DNA of 64,000 bases from Leucoraja ocellata (GCA_036785375.1 JAWMAR010000118.1:5456001-5520000), one strand, 5' to 3'. Numbered from the stretch's first letter, positions 1-13,529 are shown. A program made the numbers and translations. The notes: generated from the sequence alone by a model not told the origin.

Positions 1-290
1 GGTTGGCATGGACTTGGCGGGTCTAATGCCCCTGTCCCAGTTAGGAAACCTGAACGAAAACCTCTGGAGACTTTGCGCTCCACCCAAGGTTTCCGTGCGG
101 TTCCCGGAGGTTGCAGGTGGTTGCTGGAGGTTGCAAGTAGTGGAAGCAGGTAGGGAGACTGACAAAAACCTCCGGGAACCGCACGGAAACCTTGGGTGGG
201 GCGCAAAGTCTCCAGAGGTTTCCGTTCAGGTTTCCCAAGTGGGACAGGGGCATTAGGGTCTGATCCGTGATGTATCTTTTAATCAAACAA
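1..290 (+). mobile_element. 3' tail of an HE1-like V-SINE, interrupted by a MITE
   Basis: ggttggcatggacttggcgggtc...gggtctgatccgtgatgtatctttaatcaaac matches the tails of intact SINE copies in this window (e.g. 9400-9469, 17490-17552). Confidence 0.7.
27..252. mobile_element. Non-autonomous PIF/Harbinger-type MITE
   Basis: 86-bp TIRs (27-112 and 167-252, 4 mismatches) starting TGCCCCTGTCCCA; flanked by TAA (24-26) and TTA (253-255). Removing the element plus 3 bp restores the host SINE motif gggtc-twa-gggtc. Confidence 0.85.
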
Positions 291-1267
291 AACCAGCTGG
301 CCAGCAGAGGATCCTTCCCCAGAAACCTCTGAGAAGGGTATCAATGTAGGAAATGTTGGAGATAAGTATATTTTGACCTAATGGTCAACAGTTCCATTAT
401 AGTCAAAACCATTGTTATCTCTCACCTCCATGAAACCCATTGGTCCCAATGTTGTGTTATAACCACTTAGCAGACTGCGAATGAGTCTGGGTATCTGCGT
501 ATATGTGTTTATTTGGGTGCAGGATAATTGGGCCAGAGGATGTGGATATTTACATTATATTGGTTGACAAGGAGTACATTTGCCTCTTTATTTTATGGGT
601 TCAGGAGAAAGTAGTCATTTCCATGAGCTTTAAAATTATTTATGGTGAAGAGGTTTTGCTGTCATTGCCAGACAATTTAAGGCCGTACCTAATTATTGTT
701 TTGGTGGAAAAGTCCATCAATAATTGATGCAGCAATTGAGAATTTGAACATATGAAAATGGCCACCTCTAAACTAGAACCTGTCATGCCTTGTTCTTTTT
801 TTTATAGCCAGATAGACATTGTTCAGTTTAAATTAGTCCAGTTGCCTTGCAGAATTAATAAACACATTGAGGTTACTAAAGTTTTCATTCCACCTCCAGT
901 ATAAATTCCATTTGGAATATTTTGGAGGACCAAGAAACCAAGAACCAAGTAATATCAATTGCCGAATACAGATCCGAACTTAGACAGTAGTCCCTGACCC
1001 ATTGACAAACATTTTTAAATTTGAAGTCAGAAATTGATTGTCCAGTTGGGTAATTAATCATATCCTTTATTTCAATTGAAATTATGAATTCTTTGTTATT
1101 TTCCACCGACCTTTCATTTTCCCACTTGAACCCTGATTTATTTTTTGGGATTGTTGGAAAGGAATTGTGAGTGTTAGTGCAATTTTCCAGTATTAGTCTA
1201 CATCTCTTCCAACCTCCAAAACTGAAGACCTGCACAATTGTTCAACTAAGAGAGCTATTCTAAGTTT

Positions 1268-1484
1268 GTGTGAGGGAAGGAACTGCAGATACTGGTTTAC
1301 ACCAAAGATGAACACAAATTGCTGGAGTAATCAGCGAGTCAGGCAGCATCTCTGGAGAAAAATAAATTGTGACATTTTGGGTGTGATGAAGGTTCTCGAC
1401 CCGAAACCTCTCCTTTCCTATTCCTTGTCTCTGGAGATGCTGCTTGACCTCCTGAGTTACTCCAGCATTTTGTGCCTATCTTCG
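1268..1484. mobile_element. Penelope-derived fold-back short element with hammerhead-like motif
   Basis: Inverted arms ctgcagatactgg...gctggagtaatcagcgagtcaggcagcatctctggag and ctggagatgctgcttgacctcctgagttactccagc, around tgatgaaggttctcgacccgaaac. Confidence 0.75.
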
Positions 1485-1998
1485 TTATTGTACAGAAATT
1501 CTTCTGGCTGTTAAACACCTCACAGAGAAAGGCATGGCGAAAAACTAGTGAAAAACCATTGAGTTTAATAAATGGGTGTTTTTCTGTGCTCCTAATCACT
1601 ATTTGCCTAATTTGTAACTAATGGCTACCAATCTTGCACTTTGTCTCTCATCCCCTTTCTTGCATCCCGTCAACCTCCATTTCTTATTTGCAGAAAACAA
1701 CTGCGCCTGAAGGTAAAAATTACCACAAGTTTACAAAACAGAAATGATTGAGTGAACAAAAGCAATGACAGTCTGGTGAATCAGGTACCGGGCAACCTAA
1801 AAGCTAATAATCAAAACTCCCACTGGCTGCAGTTCAAACCTATTTGGAATTGGAATGATGCATGGATCCAGTGCAGGCTGTGTTCTCTCTGATAGACAAG
1901 CAAATGAATTATTTGAATGTTAGTAGATAAAAAAAAACATTGATCTGCGGGGAGAGACACCTATAGTCAGAGACAGGAGAGCCCTGTGAGGATGAGAT

Positions 1999-2226
1999 GA
2001 TGTGTACCAAAGAACTGCAGATGCTGGTTTACACAAAGATAGACAAAAAGTGCTGCAGTTACTCAACGGGTCATGCAGCATCTCTGGAGAAAAGGAATGG
2101 TTGATGTTTCACGTCGAGACCCTTCTTCAGATTGAAGATAGGCATCAAGCCGAAAGGGCACCTATTCCTTTTCTCCATAGAAGCTGCCTGGCCCTCTGAG
2201 TCACTCCAGCATTTTGTGCCTATATA
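1999..2226. mobile_element. Penelope-derived fold-back short element
   Basis: Same inverted arms; minus-strand CTGAAGAAGGGTCTCGAC.TGAAAC motif at ~2105-2131; flanking 12-bp direct repeat tgagga(t/a)gagat at 1987-1998 and 2227-2238. Confidence 0.75.
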
Positions 2227-2419
2227 TGAGGAAGAGATTAGATTGGGGAAGAGAGAGCTGTTGACTTGTTTGTGATCAGGCATGAGATCTTCCATTATGG
2301 CCCAAAATTTGTTCTAACCAAAACAAATTATACAAAACATTATGGCCTGTTTTAGTCTATTGACTCTTCCCTGTTGTGGGAGGGAGATGCACACAGTAGA
2401 GGCCTTAAGAACAGAGAAG

Positions 2420-2690
2420 GTAGAACAGTACATCAACACAGGAGCCGTCCCTTCAGCTCACATTGTGCCAATCATAATTCTTGTCTAATTAATCCATCTG
2501 CCAGCATATGTTCCATATCCCTCTATTCCCTCTTTGTTCATGTGTCTGTCAAAATGTTTCTTAAACGTTGTTACTGTATCTGCTTCTGCGATCGTCTGTG
2601 GACCATCTCCACAAGTCTCCAAATCCCTCTTATGTGACCAGGCCCGCATACAATAAACAGGCTTCTTTGACATAATCTTAAACTGATGTT
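2420..2690 (-). mobile_element. Decayed CR1-type LINE 3' end
   Basis: Minus-strand translation TIAEADTVTTFKKHFDRHMNKEGIEGYG matches the CR1 ORF2 C-terminus and tail seen in other copies here. Confidence 0.65.
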
Positions 2691-3916
2691 ATGACTGATG
2701 ACCATATTGGATTGTGACTTTTTAATTTCAGCAAGTCTTCCGTGCTCCTAAATCTGTACCATTAAAACTACGCTACCAAAGAATATAGTCAGATGAAGTA
2801 AAGAACTGAACTTTTCAAATTTCAACATTTTCCATGCACTGTCCTTGAAAAGAGAACCGGGTGTTAAACTTTCAGCTCGAGTCTATATGAGATTTACTTT
2901 AATGTATTGGTTTACTATTAACTTTCCAGGGAATTTTTCCAACTGATCACTTTCTTCTGATGGTTTATTTTAAACTCGGAGAATTTTAAAATGTAAATTA
3001 GTTGAACAAAATACATTTTCACGTGTGTCTCTTTAACTCTGAGAGAATTGTGAATAAGAAATGTACAAATAAAACACAAAATGATTGCACATGAATTGGA
3101 TGGACTGCTGTCCACCTTGCTGGCTTGTGTTGTCTACGTTGTGCCATCTATATTGGCAACTAACTTAGCAAAATACTGAAGCACTTTCCTGAATGAATCA
3201 CTTTCATGACAGAATATAACCAATTCCATGTTGCATTCTTATGACAAAAATGTTCTTAGTAATTGCACGCTGGTACGTTTTTGTAACACTTAGCATTTTA
3301 TCAAGAAGCTCTGATTTTCTTAGGATGATGCCTGCCAATATATTTTTTAATTAATTCCATAAAATATATACAGGTTTATAGAGATTATACTTTCTGTTTC
3401 AGAACAATTTGGAATTTTTTACGTTAACATATTTTTCAGTCATTTGGGTTGCAGTATAAACCTAATCAGAACTTTATATTCTTTTACGCATTGGATAAAC
3501 CTTTTGATATTTAAATTAAAACTAACATTCCAGTGATAACGAGAACAAGTGAGTTGTAAAGTGCATCCTTTTGATCCGCTCCAAGCATGTATTGTAAAAC
3601 AGTTTATTTTAGATAAGTGCATAGGAAAAATGAGATTTTATTTATATATTTGATAAGTGCGTTAATTGCATCGAGGCTATGAATGCTATCAGTGTGCTTT
3701 TCCTATCAGCATTTGAAAGCAATTCCACAAATTTAGTGATAATATTTTGAACTATAGTTTTGCGCAACATTCATGGTTTGCCATTAGGTGCACAAGACCA
3801 GTCACTTTTGATAAGGCCAACTACTTGGAGTCTGCTGTCTGTGTTTTTGTTCAACAAATTTAAAAAGGAACAGTGACATGCCACACATATATAAGTGCAT
3901 TTTCTATTATGACTCT

Positions 3917-4223
3917 AGAAACATAGAAACATAAAAACAGAGAAAATAGGTGCAGGAGTAGGCCATCAACCCTTCGAGCCAGCACCAATGATCATGGCTG
4001 ATCATCCAAAATCAGTACCCTGTTCCTACTTTTTTCCCCATGTCTCTTGATTCCGTTAGCCAGTGGCTCTATGTGGATAGTATATGCAAGTTTGTCAAGT
4101 CAAGATATTTCTCCTGCACTGGTACATTTATACCAATGGATGATCAGCCATGATCATATTGAATGGCGGTGCAGGCTTGAAGGGCCGAATGGCCTACTCC
4201 TGCACTTATTTTCTATGTTTCTA
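3917..4223. mobile_element. Two CR1/HER1-like 3' tails in inverted orientation
   Basis: 3917-4070 is the reverse complement of the tail at 4138-4223 (gatgatcagccatgatcatattgaatggcggtgcaggc...ggcctactcctgcac...ctatgtttcta). Confidence 0.8.
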
Positions 4224-5157
4224 TACGATATTTAGACATTTAGGTAACTGATGCCTGTTGATGTTTTCAAAACTGAAAGGAGGCTTAGTCATATTTATAT
4301 TATTTAATGTTGTACTCAGAATTAAAATTAGTGATAGTACATCTGAAAAGTAAAATTTAATTTTATTGCTATTCAATACTTCACTAGAATTTTATGTTTT
4401 GTAAATGACTTTGATCACTACACTATTAGTTAAATGTGTTCTCTTTTCAATTCATTACCAACTAAATCCAAAAGCATTTGGTTATTCTATCCATTGTAAT
4501 CACATGTACAGATGAATGCCAGGCTTTTATTTTCCATAAGATACAGTTTTCTTCAGATGTCTGTATCATTTGAGACTTCAGTAGCATGTTGAATATTTTG
4601 TCTTTAAAATGGGAGCTGCACTAATCAACATTAATGAAGCTATTAATCAGGAGTGGTCAATGAATTTTGTTGATGGCATTAGGCAGAGGAGCGATATCAT
4701 TAATATAAATGAAGAACCTCAGGGAAAATAGACCAGCGGGCTTGTTGAGGTTGGCTAACTTCTAGATGGAGCCCATCTTTGTCATCAGTGGAGAGATACA
4801 GCTAGACAGTCAAAAGGTTGGCTGATCGAATGTTTAAAATGGATCCCTCTGCGGACTCCAGGAACAAAACAATGCGGGAGCTGTAACTCAATGATGAACA
4901 GCAATAGAAAAGGCTATCTTCAATGCCCTAGAAAACTATTGTTATTGAACACGTGATTTACCCATGTTCCAGTTCAATGCCCCGTGTCTTTTAGTGCGGG
5001 CAGAAGTATAAAAAAGGAGTAGACTTTACAAAGTAACTACAGTGAAGGTGTTAAGCTAATTTACCTGTCTTGCATCTTTACTAATAGACAGTAATACAGT
5101 ACAAGATCAGGTGGGAAGTAAAATTTGTGATCACTTCGTACTACAAGCAATCAAAAA

Positions 5158-5406
5158 GGATATGGAGAGGAATTTCTATAGTCGGAGGGTAGTGAAGCTG
5201 TGGAATTTGTTGCTATAGACGGCTGTGAGGCCACTGATGGATATTTTTAAGGTAGAGATTGACAGATTTGTAAAAGTGTCAGGCTTATGGGGATAAGGCA
5301 AGAGAATGTAGTTGAGAGGGAAATATCGATTAACCATGATTGAATGGCGGAGTAGACTTAATGGGCCGAATGGCCTAACTCTGCTCCTATAACATATGAA
5401 CCTATG
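5158..5406 (+). mobile_element. CR1/HER1-like LINE 3' fragment
   Basis: RVVKLWNLL...DIFKVEIDRF-type C-terminus, then gggccgaatggcct tail and atgaac repeats. Confidence 0.75.
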
Positions 5407-6915
5407 AACTACTGCCAAAAACCAATTTAACCCATAGGAATTCTTACTAATTTAATTTATAATGGGAAAACAGTGAGGAATAACAAATATTTTTCACATT
5501 CCATTTTGCTCTGACATCAACATTGATTTTTTGAGAGGGTTCTTTCTGAGTCAGATTCTTGACTCGCCAATCCTTGGTCCCTTTGATAAACCTCTGCTGC
5601 GTCCCCCAACCTTTCTAGAGAGGTTCCCTGCAAATTATAACTAAACAGAAACAAAATCATGAATTCTGTATTCTGCTAAATATTGCGGGTAAATGAATTC
5701 CTGATGGATCGGTGTGTTTGAGTCGCCCTCATGAGATGAGCAATATTCTCAAATGGAAAAAAGACATAAAGATAATGTTTAAACACAAAAAAATCTCATC
5801 AAGGAATATAAAATCAAAACACAAAGCTAACTTCCCACAGAAGAAAACAAAGATAATGCTTAACATATCCAAGACCCTGAATTGTCATAGATGTAGTCTT
5901 TCATCAAACCAAGAAAGTGAATTGATGATCCATTGGAACTGAGATGCAAGCAGCAAAAACAAACAAAAGTTGGCAAGAAAAATTAATTACGTATAAAATC
6001 CGCATTTAAAAAAGATAACTATTTGACCAACTAAGCCCTTTCCATCACTTTATGAACCACAAACGATCTGTTGTTTTAATCCCCGATTCCTACCTTGCTC
6101 CATATCCTTCAATAATCTTATTTCCAAACAAAACTGGCAAACATGAGTTAGTTAACTATTAAGTACCTTGTAAGCCAATTTAACCTTGACTTTATTTCTA
6201 ATTAAAGAATAGTTAAGGATACCGTTTCCAAGGGGTCAGGTAATGCTGCGCCTATATGTTATGTACATTCATAACTTGTATTAATCTTTATTCTGATTCC
6301 ATGCTTATGGCTATTAAGGGGTACAGCTGCGAACCAAGGACATTAATTGTCTGTTCCAAGCACTCAAAATCAGTATGAGCTGATAAAAAAAAAAGTCCCC
6401 TCAAGATTAAAATGTGTTAAAATAGTAATATGTGCCAGTTTGTTCTAGTGCCTTTATTGTCTGAATCTCTTTCATGCACCTTATGCACTTAGAAGGCAGT
6501 GATTGTGAAGATTCCCCTATTAGCATGCCCAGGAGCCCTGTGCATTCAGCTGAAACTAACCCAAACAGGCTGGCATGTTGCCTGCACCTCTTAAACTGAA
6601 ATCAGCTACTGAATCCCACAACAGTTTGGTTAATGTGTAGCTTGAAAAATAGTCAAGAGTGTTTTGTTGTCATATGTCCCTCCAGGGAACAATGAAATTC
6701 TCACTTGATAGCTGTACATACACCAGACTCCTACTCGCATATGCCAATCTGTGAGAACCTGGTGGATCGATTGGAGGACCTGCAGATGAGATGCTCCTAG
6801 AAGCCACTGAGGACTGAAATAAAGCTACAGTGGGAGAACATGTCAGAGAGATCGCAGCTTGCAGAGATGCCCTGGGGATGAGGGGGAAATAGGATGTGTG
6901 AAGGATTAAGTAAGA

Positions 6916-7024
6916 ACAGTCTCAGTCTGAAGACTTAGTCTGAAGAAGGGTGTCAACCCGAAACGTCATCTACTCCTTCTATCCAGAGATGCTGCCAGAA
7001 TTACTCCAGCATTTTGTGTCTGTC
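6916..7024 (+). mobile_element. Penelope-derived short element with hammerhead motif and 10-bp TSD
   Basis: CTGAAGA-A-GGGT-gtca-ACCC-GAAACGTC at 6940-6967; direct repeat ttaagtaaga at 6906-6915 and 7025-7034. Confidence 0.8.
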
Positions 7025-7516
7025 TTAAGTAAGAGCATACCGTGATCCTCAATAGTATTGAAAGTGCCACTAGCTTTTGAAAATAACCTTGTGCTTGGTT
7101 AAGAACAATGAAATTAGCAACAAATTTCCTCCATTAAATGTGAATTTCACACTAAACGAACACAATTTTAGTACATTTACATACATCTCTCATCTTAAGC
7201 ACACCTACCATTAGTCATTTCTGCTAGGTATATCATAGGAACACATTGTAGCACAGTCACTATTACTTTCCCCTCTCTCTTGCAGGGCATGGTTGCTTGC
7301 AGCCACACGCTGCAACAGCATGTATGGGGTTGGGGACCTTATCGTGGTCATTGGCCCTTTTATTTGGCAAAGAGTGTAGTGGCCATGGGCTCATTTGTCA
7401 CTTTGAATAATATTGAGGATTACAGTATGCTCTTATTTAGTCCCCCTCATACCCCACACTCCCATCATCCCACAATTCATTTTGGGTTTGTGATATCTAC
7501 TTGATTCAAGTACACG

Positions 7517-7810
7517 TAGAAAATAGGCGCAAGAGTAGGTCATTCGGTCATGGCTGATCATCCAATATCAGTAACCCATTCCTGCTTTTTCCCCACATCC
7601 CTCGATTCCGTTAGCCCTACGAGCTAAATCTACCTGTAACTCTCTATTGAAAACATCCAGTGAATTGACCTCCATTGCTTTATGTGGCAGAGAATTCCAC
7701 AGATTCACAACTCTTTTCCTCATCTCAGTCCTAAATGGCCTACCCCTTATTCTTAAACTGTAATCCCTGGTTCTGGATTCCCCCAACATGGGGCCCATTT
7801 TTCCTGCTTT
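7517..7810 (-). mobile_element. CR1/HER1-like LINE 3' fragment
   Basis: ORF 7568-7798 (GESRTRDYSLRIRGRPFRTEMRKRVVNLWNSLP) is the CR1 ORF2 C-terminus. Confidence 0.85.
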
Positions 7811-9187
7811 TCATACTCCTGCCTGCCTCTTCCACCATCAATTTTTACCCTTCTTCTCACTTTAAATACTCAAGATGTAGGAGCTGTCCAACCCTGGCAG
7901 CAGAGCTGTGGTATTCGGAGGAGGAAGTGAATCCCGCATTCAGTGCATCCACAATTTGCATCCACCATCTGGGATCCTGACACTGACTGAATATAGAGGA
8001 CAGGTTGAGGCAGAGGCTGCATGTAGTAAATCGCCCGCAATGACTATATCACCTTGCATGAGTGGATGGCAGACAAAGCAGAAGAGAAGGTAGCTTGTAT
8101 GGTGGTTCCCACAGGGACAAGGTCACATTCCAGTTCTGATCTTTAAGAATCTCAGATGAGTCCCACTTTGGGGCAACCTACAGATGCAGATTGATGAGCC
8201 TTCAAATAGAGATGCTTGGGGCACTGAACCATCCACTTGAAAGCCTTGGAGAATGCCAAAGAGCACCAGTAGAATGCAACCTGGCTCTCTCCTCTCAGGG
8301 TAATGGCACACATGCTCCCAAAGCTGCAAGTCCTACAATCAATTTGCCCAGACTGATGCCACTCATAATGAGATAGTGCAGTCAGAATCAGGGTCCTGGA
8401 AGCCCAGAGCTGTGCTCATTCACTGTTATTTGCTCATTTGATTGGTTTGCAAGGATGAACACGTGCTTTTTGACTGCGCATCTTTGTATGTGATCAAAAC
8501 ACACCATTTGCTCACGACAAAACCATTTAGCAATTGTTGCTGTGCTGCAAATGCATAACACAAAAAATCGTCCTTTACTTGATTGAATTTCTCAGCCCTG
8601 CTGTTTTGCTACCAAACTGCAGACAACATTCTCTTCCGCATAATAAATTATTCCATGTTTTGCCGCGATCTTTCTGACCTTCCATATTACCAATTTTGGC
8701 CAACTTAATAGTGATAAGCTGTAGATTATGGCCACTTTTCTGCTGTGGACTTGCAAAAGATCAGAACATAAATTAGGTTTCCTAAATTCACTTTGCATCA
8801 AAGCCTGCAAAGGCAAGAGAGATTCCTCTCCTCAGAGTTAATTGATTAAAAGTTCCTCCGAAAGAAGAAAAGAAACATTTCAGACCCCACTCTTTTTTAA
8901 TAGGGAGCATAATGTTATTGTTCAACCTCCTCTCCCTTTGTTAAAAATATTATTTTCCTCAAACAACGACAGGGGTTTAATTGATAATCCTCTTATTAAC
9001 AATGTATACCAGTGTATGCCTCAACACCGTACAGAGAGCTATAAAAGTGGTGGATACTCAAATGACCTCCTTGATACAGTAGCAGGCCTGCCAGATACGC
9101 TGTATGTGTTCTCAAGGTGGAAGGGAAACATACAACTCTCGCCATGCTCAGAGATTTGCGTGGAATCCAGGACCCATCCTTTCAAGG

Positions 9188-9469
9188 GAGGCACAGTGGC
9201 AGTTACATCACCAGAGACTTGGGTTTGATCCTGACTATGGGTGCTATCTGTAAGGAGACATACGATCTCCCCGTGGCCGCGTGGGTTTTCTCCGTGTCCG
9301 GTTTTCTCCCACATTCCAAAGACGCACAGGTTTGTGCGTTAATTGGTTTCTGTAAATTGTCATTAGTGTGTAGGATAGAACTAGTGTACAGGTGATCGAT
9401 AGTCGGTGTGGACTCGGTGTGCCAAAGGGCCTCCTTCCATGCTGTATCTCTAAACTAAACTAAACTAAA
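9188..9469 (+). mobile_element. HE1-like tRNA-derived V-SINE
   Basis: tRNA-like head (gggtttgatcc B-box-like), V-domain ctccccgtg..cgcgtgggttttctcc..ccggttttctcccaca, CR1-like tail ending (taaac)n. Confidence 0.85.
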
Positions 9470-10309
9470 GTGCACAGGTGGTGTCACAGCTGTTCCATGC
9501 TTATTTATCATGAAGAGACCTGTGGTCAATGTCTCAGCTCCCATAACAGGAGAAGCAGAATCTATCTGCAGTGTAAGTCTTCCCCCATTACCAGGGCACA
9601 GGGCTCAATGTGATCTTGGGATGGGAGGATGGGGGTGGGCAAGAAACAACAGTTCAGCATTCTAACCTCCAGAGATGGCAGAAAGGCTACTTTGGGGGAA
9701 AGACAATGTCTTTGTGGATCATGAATTAACTGTTCTCCAGTCGGGTGATGACGTTTGTGATCCTAGAACTTCTCCAGAGTCTTGTTGCAGCCAGTTAACC
9801 AGCCAGGCCAAATAGCTGCTGTCATGACATAAGGGGTGCCTACCTACAGGGCAGCTTGTGTGTCTTCCTCCAAATTCACCTGCCGTCTCTTTCTTTGTAA
9901 GCTATGTGGCTTCCAGCTGTCACCTGCATATATTGGAGAGATTCTGCAATGAATTATCAGGCATTTCTTTCCAACCCAACTTTTCCATATGATGACATTT
10001 AAGGCAATTAGTTGATATTTGTGTCAGTGTTGTTGAAATTGGACTTTTTAGAGATGATTTGGAATGTATATTTAGAATGGTTTTCTTTCAACGATGTCAA
10101 GCAGATGCTAAGATGATCGGTAATAGACAATGGTAAGATAGAAAGAATTGAACTATTTTATTGAAATTGCACCTTGTTTAACGAACACTTTGCACTTTGT
10201 TTGGGATACCATCCCAACTTCCGCTTCATTACTCTGTGCAACTCTGATAAGTCCTCCAATAATTAAATAATATTTCCCTGTCACAAACCCTCCTTTGGGT
10301 GTGTCAGCA

Positions 10310-10410
10310 AGTCTGAAGAAGGGTCCCAACTCGAAACATCACCCATCCTTTTTCACCAGAGATGTTGCCTGACCTGTTGAGCTACTCCAGCACTTTGTGT
10401 CTATCTTTAC
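10310..10410 (+). mobile_element. Penelope-derived short element with hammerhead motif
   Basis: CTGAAGAAGGGTCCCAACTCGAAACATCACC from 10313, followed by the family arm gatgttgcctgacctgttgagctactccagc. Confidence 0.75.
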
Positions 10411-13400
10411 CACACTGCAATAATTGAGGATCCATTTAACTAGAACAAGTGGGGGTGCCTTTCTGCAACCAAATGAACACCAGGCTTTAGCTGTATAATT
10501 AGATCCAATCTGATCACATTCCTGCCTATATTGCACATCAGTTGCTGCTCGCATCAATAAATGTGGTCGGGATGGGAAGCAACAAAATGTGCACGCTGTG
10601 TTTAAATTTGAGCCAAAGCAGCACCTGTGATACCCGGACAACGGACGTTACGGAGCCCAGTATTATGCCCTGCAACTGTTAAGTTATTTAGGATGATATG
10701 ATTTGAACTGAATGCGAGTCCTATGTCAACGCAACTTAAGAGGCTTATTTCCCAAGCTGTTCTTTATTAGCTGAAATTATTGTCCACCAATGTGCACGTT
10801 ACAGCTACACAGCATGCCACTGCCAGAGAAGAAATAAACAGCAGAAATTGCGGAAGCATCTCCAATAGCAGGGCATGGAGTTCAAATGCAAAAATATTGG
10901 CAACTCGTTTTTGCAATACCTCCTACTGCAATAGAGGCATTTATTCAGGTACCCAATTACAGTAATGTGGTATGCAGTATGTACTGTAGATAGGTGTTTC
11001 TGCAGCATGCCAGAAGAAACAATTGTAATCCTTTAAATGCACTTAGGAAATTGATGTTACAGCCTACAATCTGTTGCCGGACTTGCTTCCTGGCTGATTG
11101 CAAGCATTTCTATCTTAATTGGATCACTGGAATGTGATCTGTATTTTGGTTTTAAGATTATGTAAGACTGTGACTTTGTTGTGACAGTCTAAAACAGCTG
11201 CTGAATTGATGGATATTCTGACCCTTAATGTAGATAAGTGGTATTTGCAAATCTGTCCACATAGATCCTTGGAAAAACTGCTTAAAAAAGACAGTGTCCA
11301 TCTTATGTAGGACCTTTAACTTAATTTTCATTTCTTTAATTTAATACCATTGCTACGCAGAACTGCCATCGATCAGCCCAACAGATTCTGAGATGAATTG
11401 TTTATTAATCCATTTTTAAATTGTACTGAAAGTGGATTTATAGCAATGACATTTTTATGGTATCGTATGTGGTATTTGGTTTAGTTTATAAGCTATATTG
11501 ATTTTCTTACATCATCAGGCCCAAAAGTACAACATATGTCCAGCTATTATTAATATCACCCCCACAGCATAACTAGTCATGAAGTATACGATCGGTGTCA
11601 GACTTAGATTTGTTTTTCATGTCATATGCAGTTTTGTTAGGGCTGGATATTAACCTTGCCTATTGTCATGTTTGAACAGAGCAATGTTCCAGTGTCTGAA
11701 ACAAAACTCACTGCTTGTTAATAGAATTTTGAAGAACTAAGGAGAAAACATCACTGCTGGAATTGTAAATGTGAAAAAGTTCATTTAACAGCTAGTTTCA
11801 TTATGAAATACCGAGAATGAACATGCATGTGTCATGCTTATTTGAACTATTTACAGCCATGGGTCAGAGAAGATGAACAGAACTGATAGGTTTACTCCTT
11901 AAGAGCTGGCATAGCCCCGATGGGCTAAATTGCCCTTATCTCTGCCTTAACAATCCTATATTTCTGTGAATAAAAATTACTCAACAATATAATTTAGTGT
12001 CGCACAAATCTGAAAAACTTTGAAGAGAAGGAGTAGCAATGAGATTGTACTCAAAACTGAAAGGAATGTTTTTTTTGTATTTTCCATTCAGGCAGTCTTT
12101 GGCAACAGGTCCACATAAGAGTACCAGGTACTTTATTATTTTAAGGCCACTTTAAAATTAATAGACGGCACATTGGACACACTGCAACAATCAATTTAAC
12201 TGTAGACTTAATCTAAGATGCATAATTGTTATCAGGTTCCAATCCGTTATAAAATGTATTCCATTAAAAATATTGATATGATTTGACTCCTTACCCTTGA
12301 AATTAGGCACTGTTATAAAAATGTGATAAAATAATCTAGGGAGCCAGGTGGTGATAGTTGACTGAACTTTTTCAACGCCAGCTTGTTGTATATACAGTGC
12401 ACCAACATCAAGGGCAATGCACATTGAGTCACATGAGGTTGCAAAAGGTGTGCTAAGAATGCCTTTGATAGTGTCCAAATGATAGACGTGGACCTCATTT
12501 ACTACCTTCCCTTCATCCTGCCCCAGGTCTAGCAAAGACTGCATTATTAAGAGCATAAGTGCAGAATGGTCAAAAGGTAGAAACAGAAGAAAAAGGCAAC
12601 TTGCCATCAGATAGTCAAAGGATGGTATAATTTAATGTTATTTGAAATATAGCTGGAGAAAGAGGAGACCAATTCTGCCCAAACATTAGAAAATAAATCC
12701 AGCAAAAGCTATGTGAAGCTCAGCTGCTGATTTGTAACAGCAAATATCTTGGATAGTTGAGTATTGTTTCTGAGGTATTTTAGTCCATCAACAGACTCAG
12801 TAAAATGGATATTCCTGGTGTGATCCATATGTAACTTGGTGTCTGAAGGCCTTATCTTTAAGATTTTAGACCACCCTTCTTAATGGGTTCCCCTTATGGC
12901 AAATGTGATAACAGGGCAGGATGAATGGGTTGCCCTTGGGTTTACAAATCACCTCACTTTTTTTTATTTAGAAGGATGTGCAAGCTCTTGATTGTGTTAC
13001 AGAGAGTAATCACCTGTTTCTTCTTGTAGTAAATATATAGTTTTGTGGTTTTAAGTCTTGTATCTTATCAATTACTTAAACAATAAAAGCTCTCCTTTTC
13101 TTTTTTTGGTTCATATGAGGATTTTACTAATATTCCCGGTCTATTTTTTCTTGTCATTTCTTACAATTTTTCCATGTTTTCACTCTAAAGCATTTATTGT
13201 TTTTTTGCAGATTAATTAGAGTTAAATAATATAAATATAGTTATTCTATCAATTAATTAATGCTAAATCAATTAATTTGCCTGCCATTAAACTAACAGGT
13301 AGTCACTAGGTACAGGTGTTTAAATACTTTTTTTAACAGAAAGGGCATTCACATTTTGATAAAATGCAGATCATATTAGGTTTAAATCAGTTTGTTATCA

Positions 13401-13529
13401 ATTAAATGCGACTTTATTCTCTGGTGAGTAAGGTACCATTCATTCACCTGTAATGTTAACAACTAAATGATCAATAATCCATTGGATATGTCAGAATTGC
13501 CACACGTGGGACAAATCTCATATATCCCT

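Noticed and set aside
8-286. Mirror-image ORFs on both strands
   Set aside because: Artefact of the MITE's long inverted repeats
12191-12607. 138-aa minus-strand ORF with a hydrophobic N-terminus
   Set aside because: No recognisable domain; more likely a chance ORF over constrained non-coding sequence
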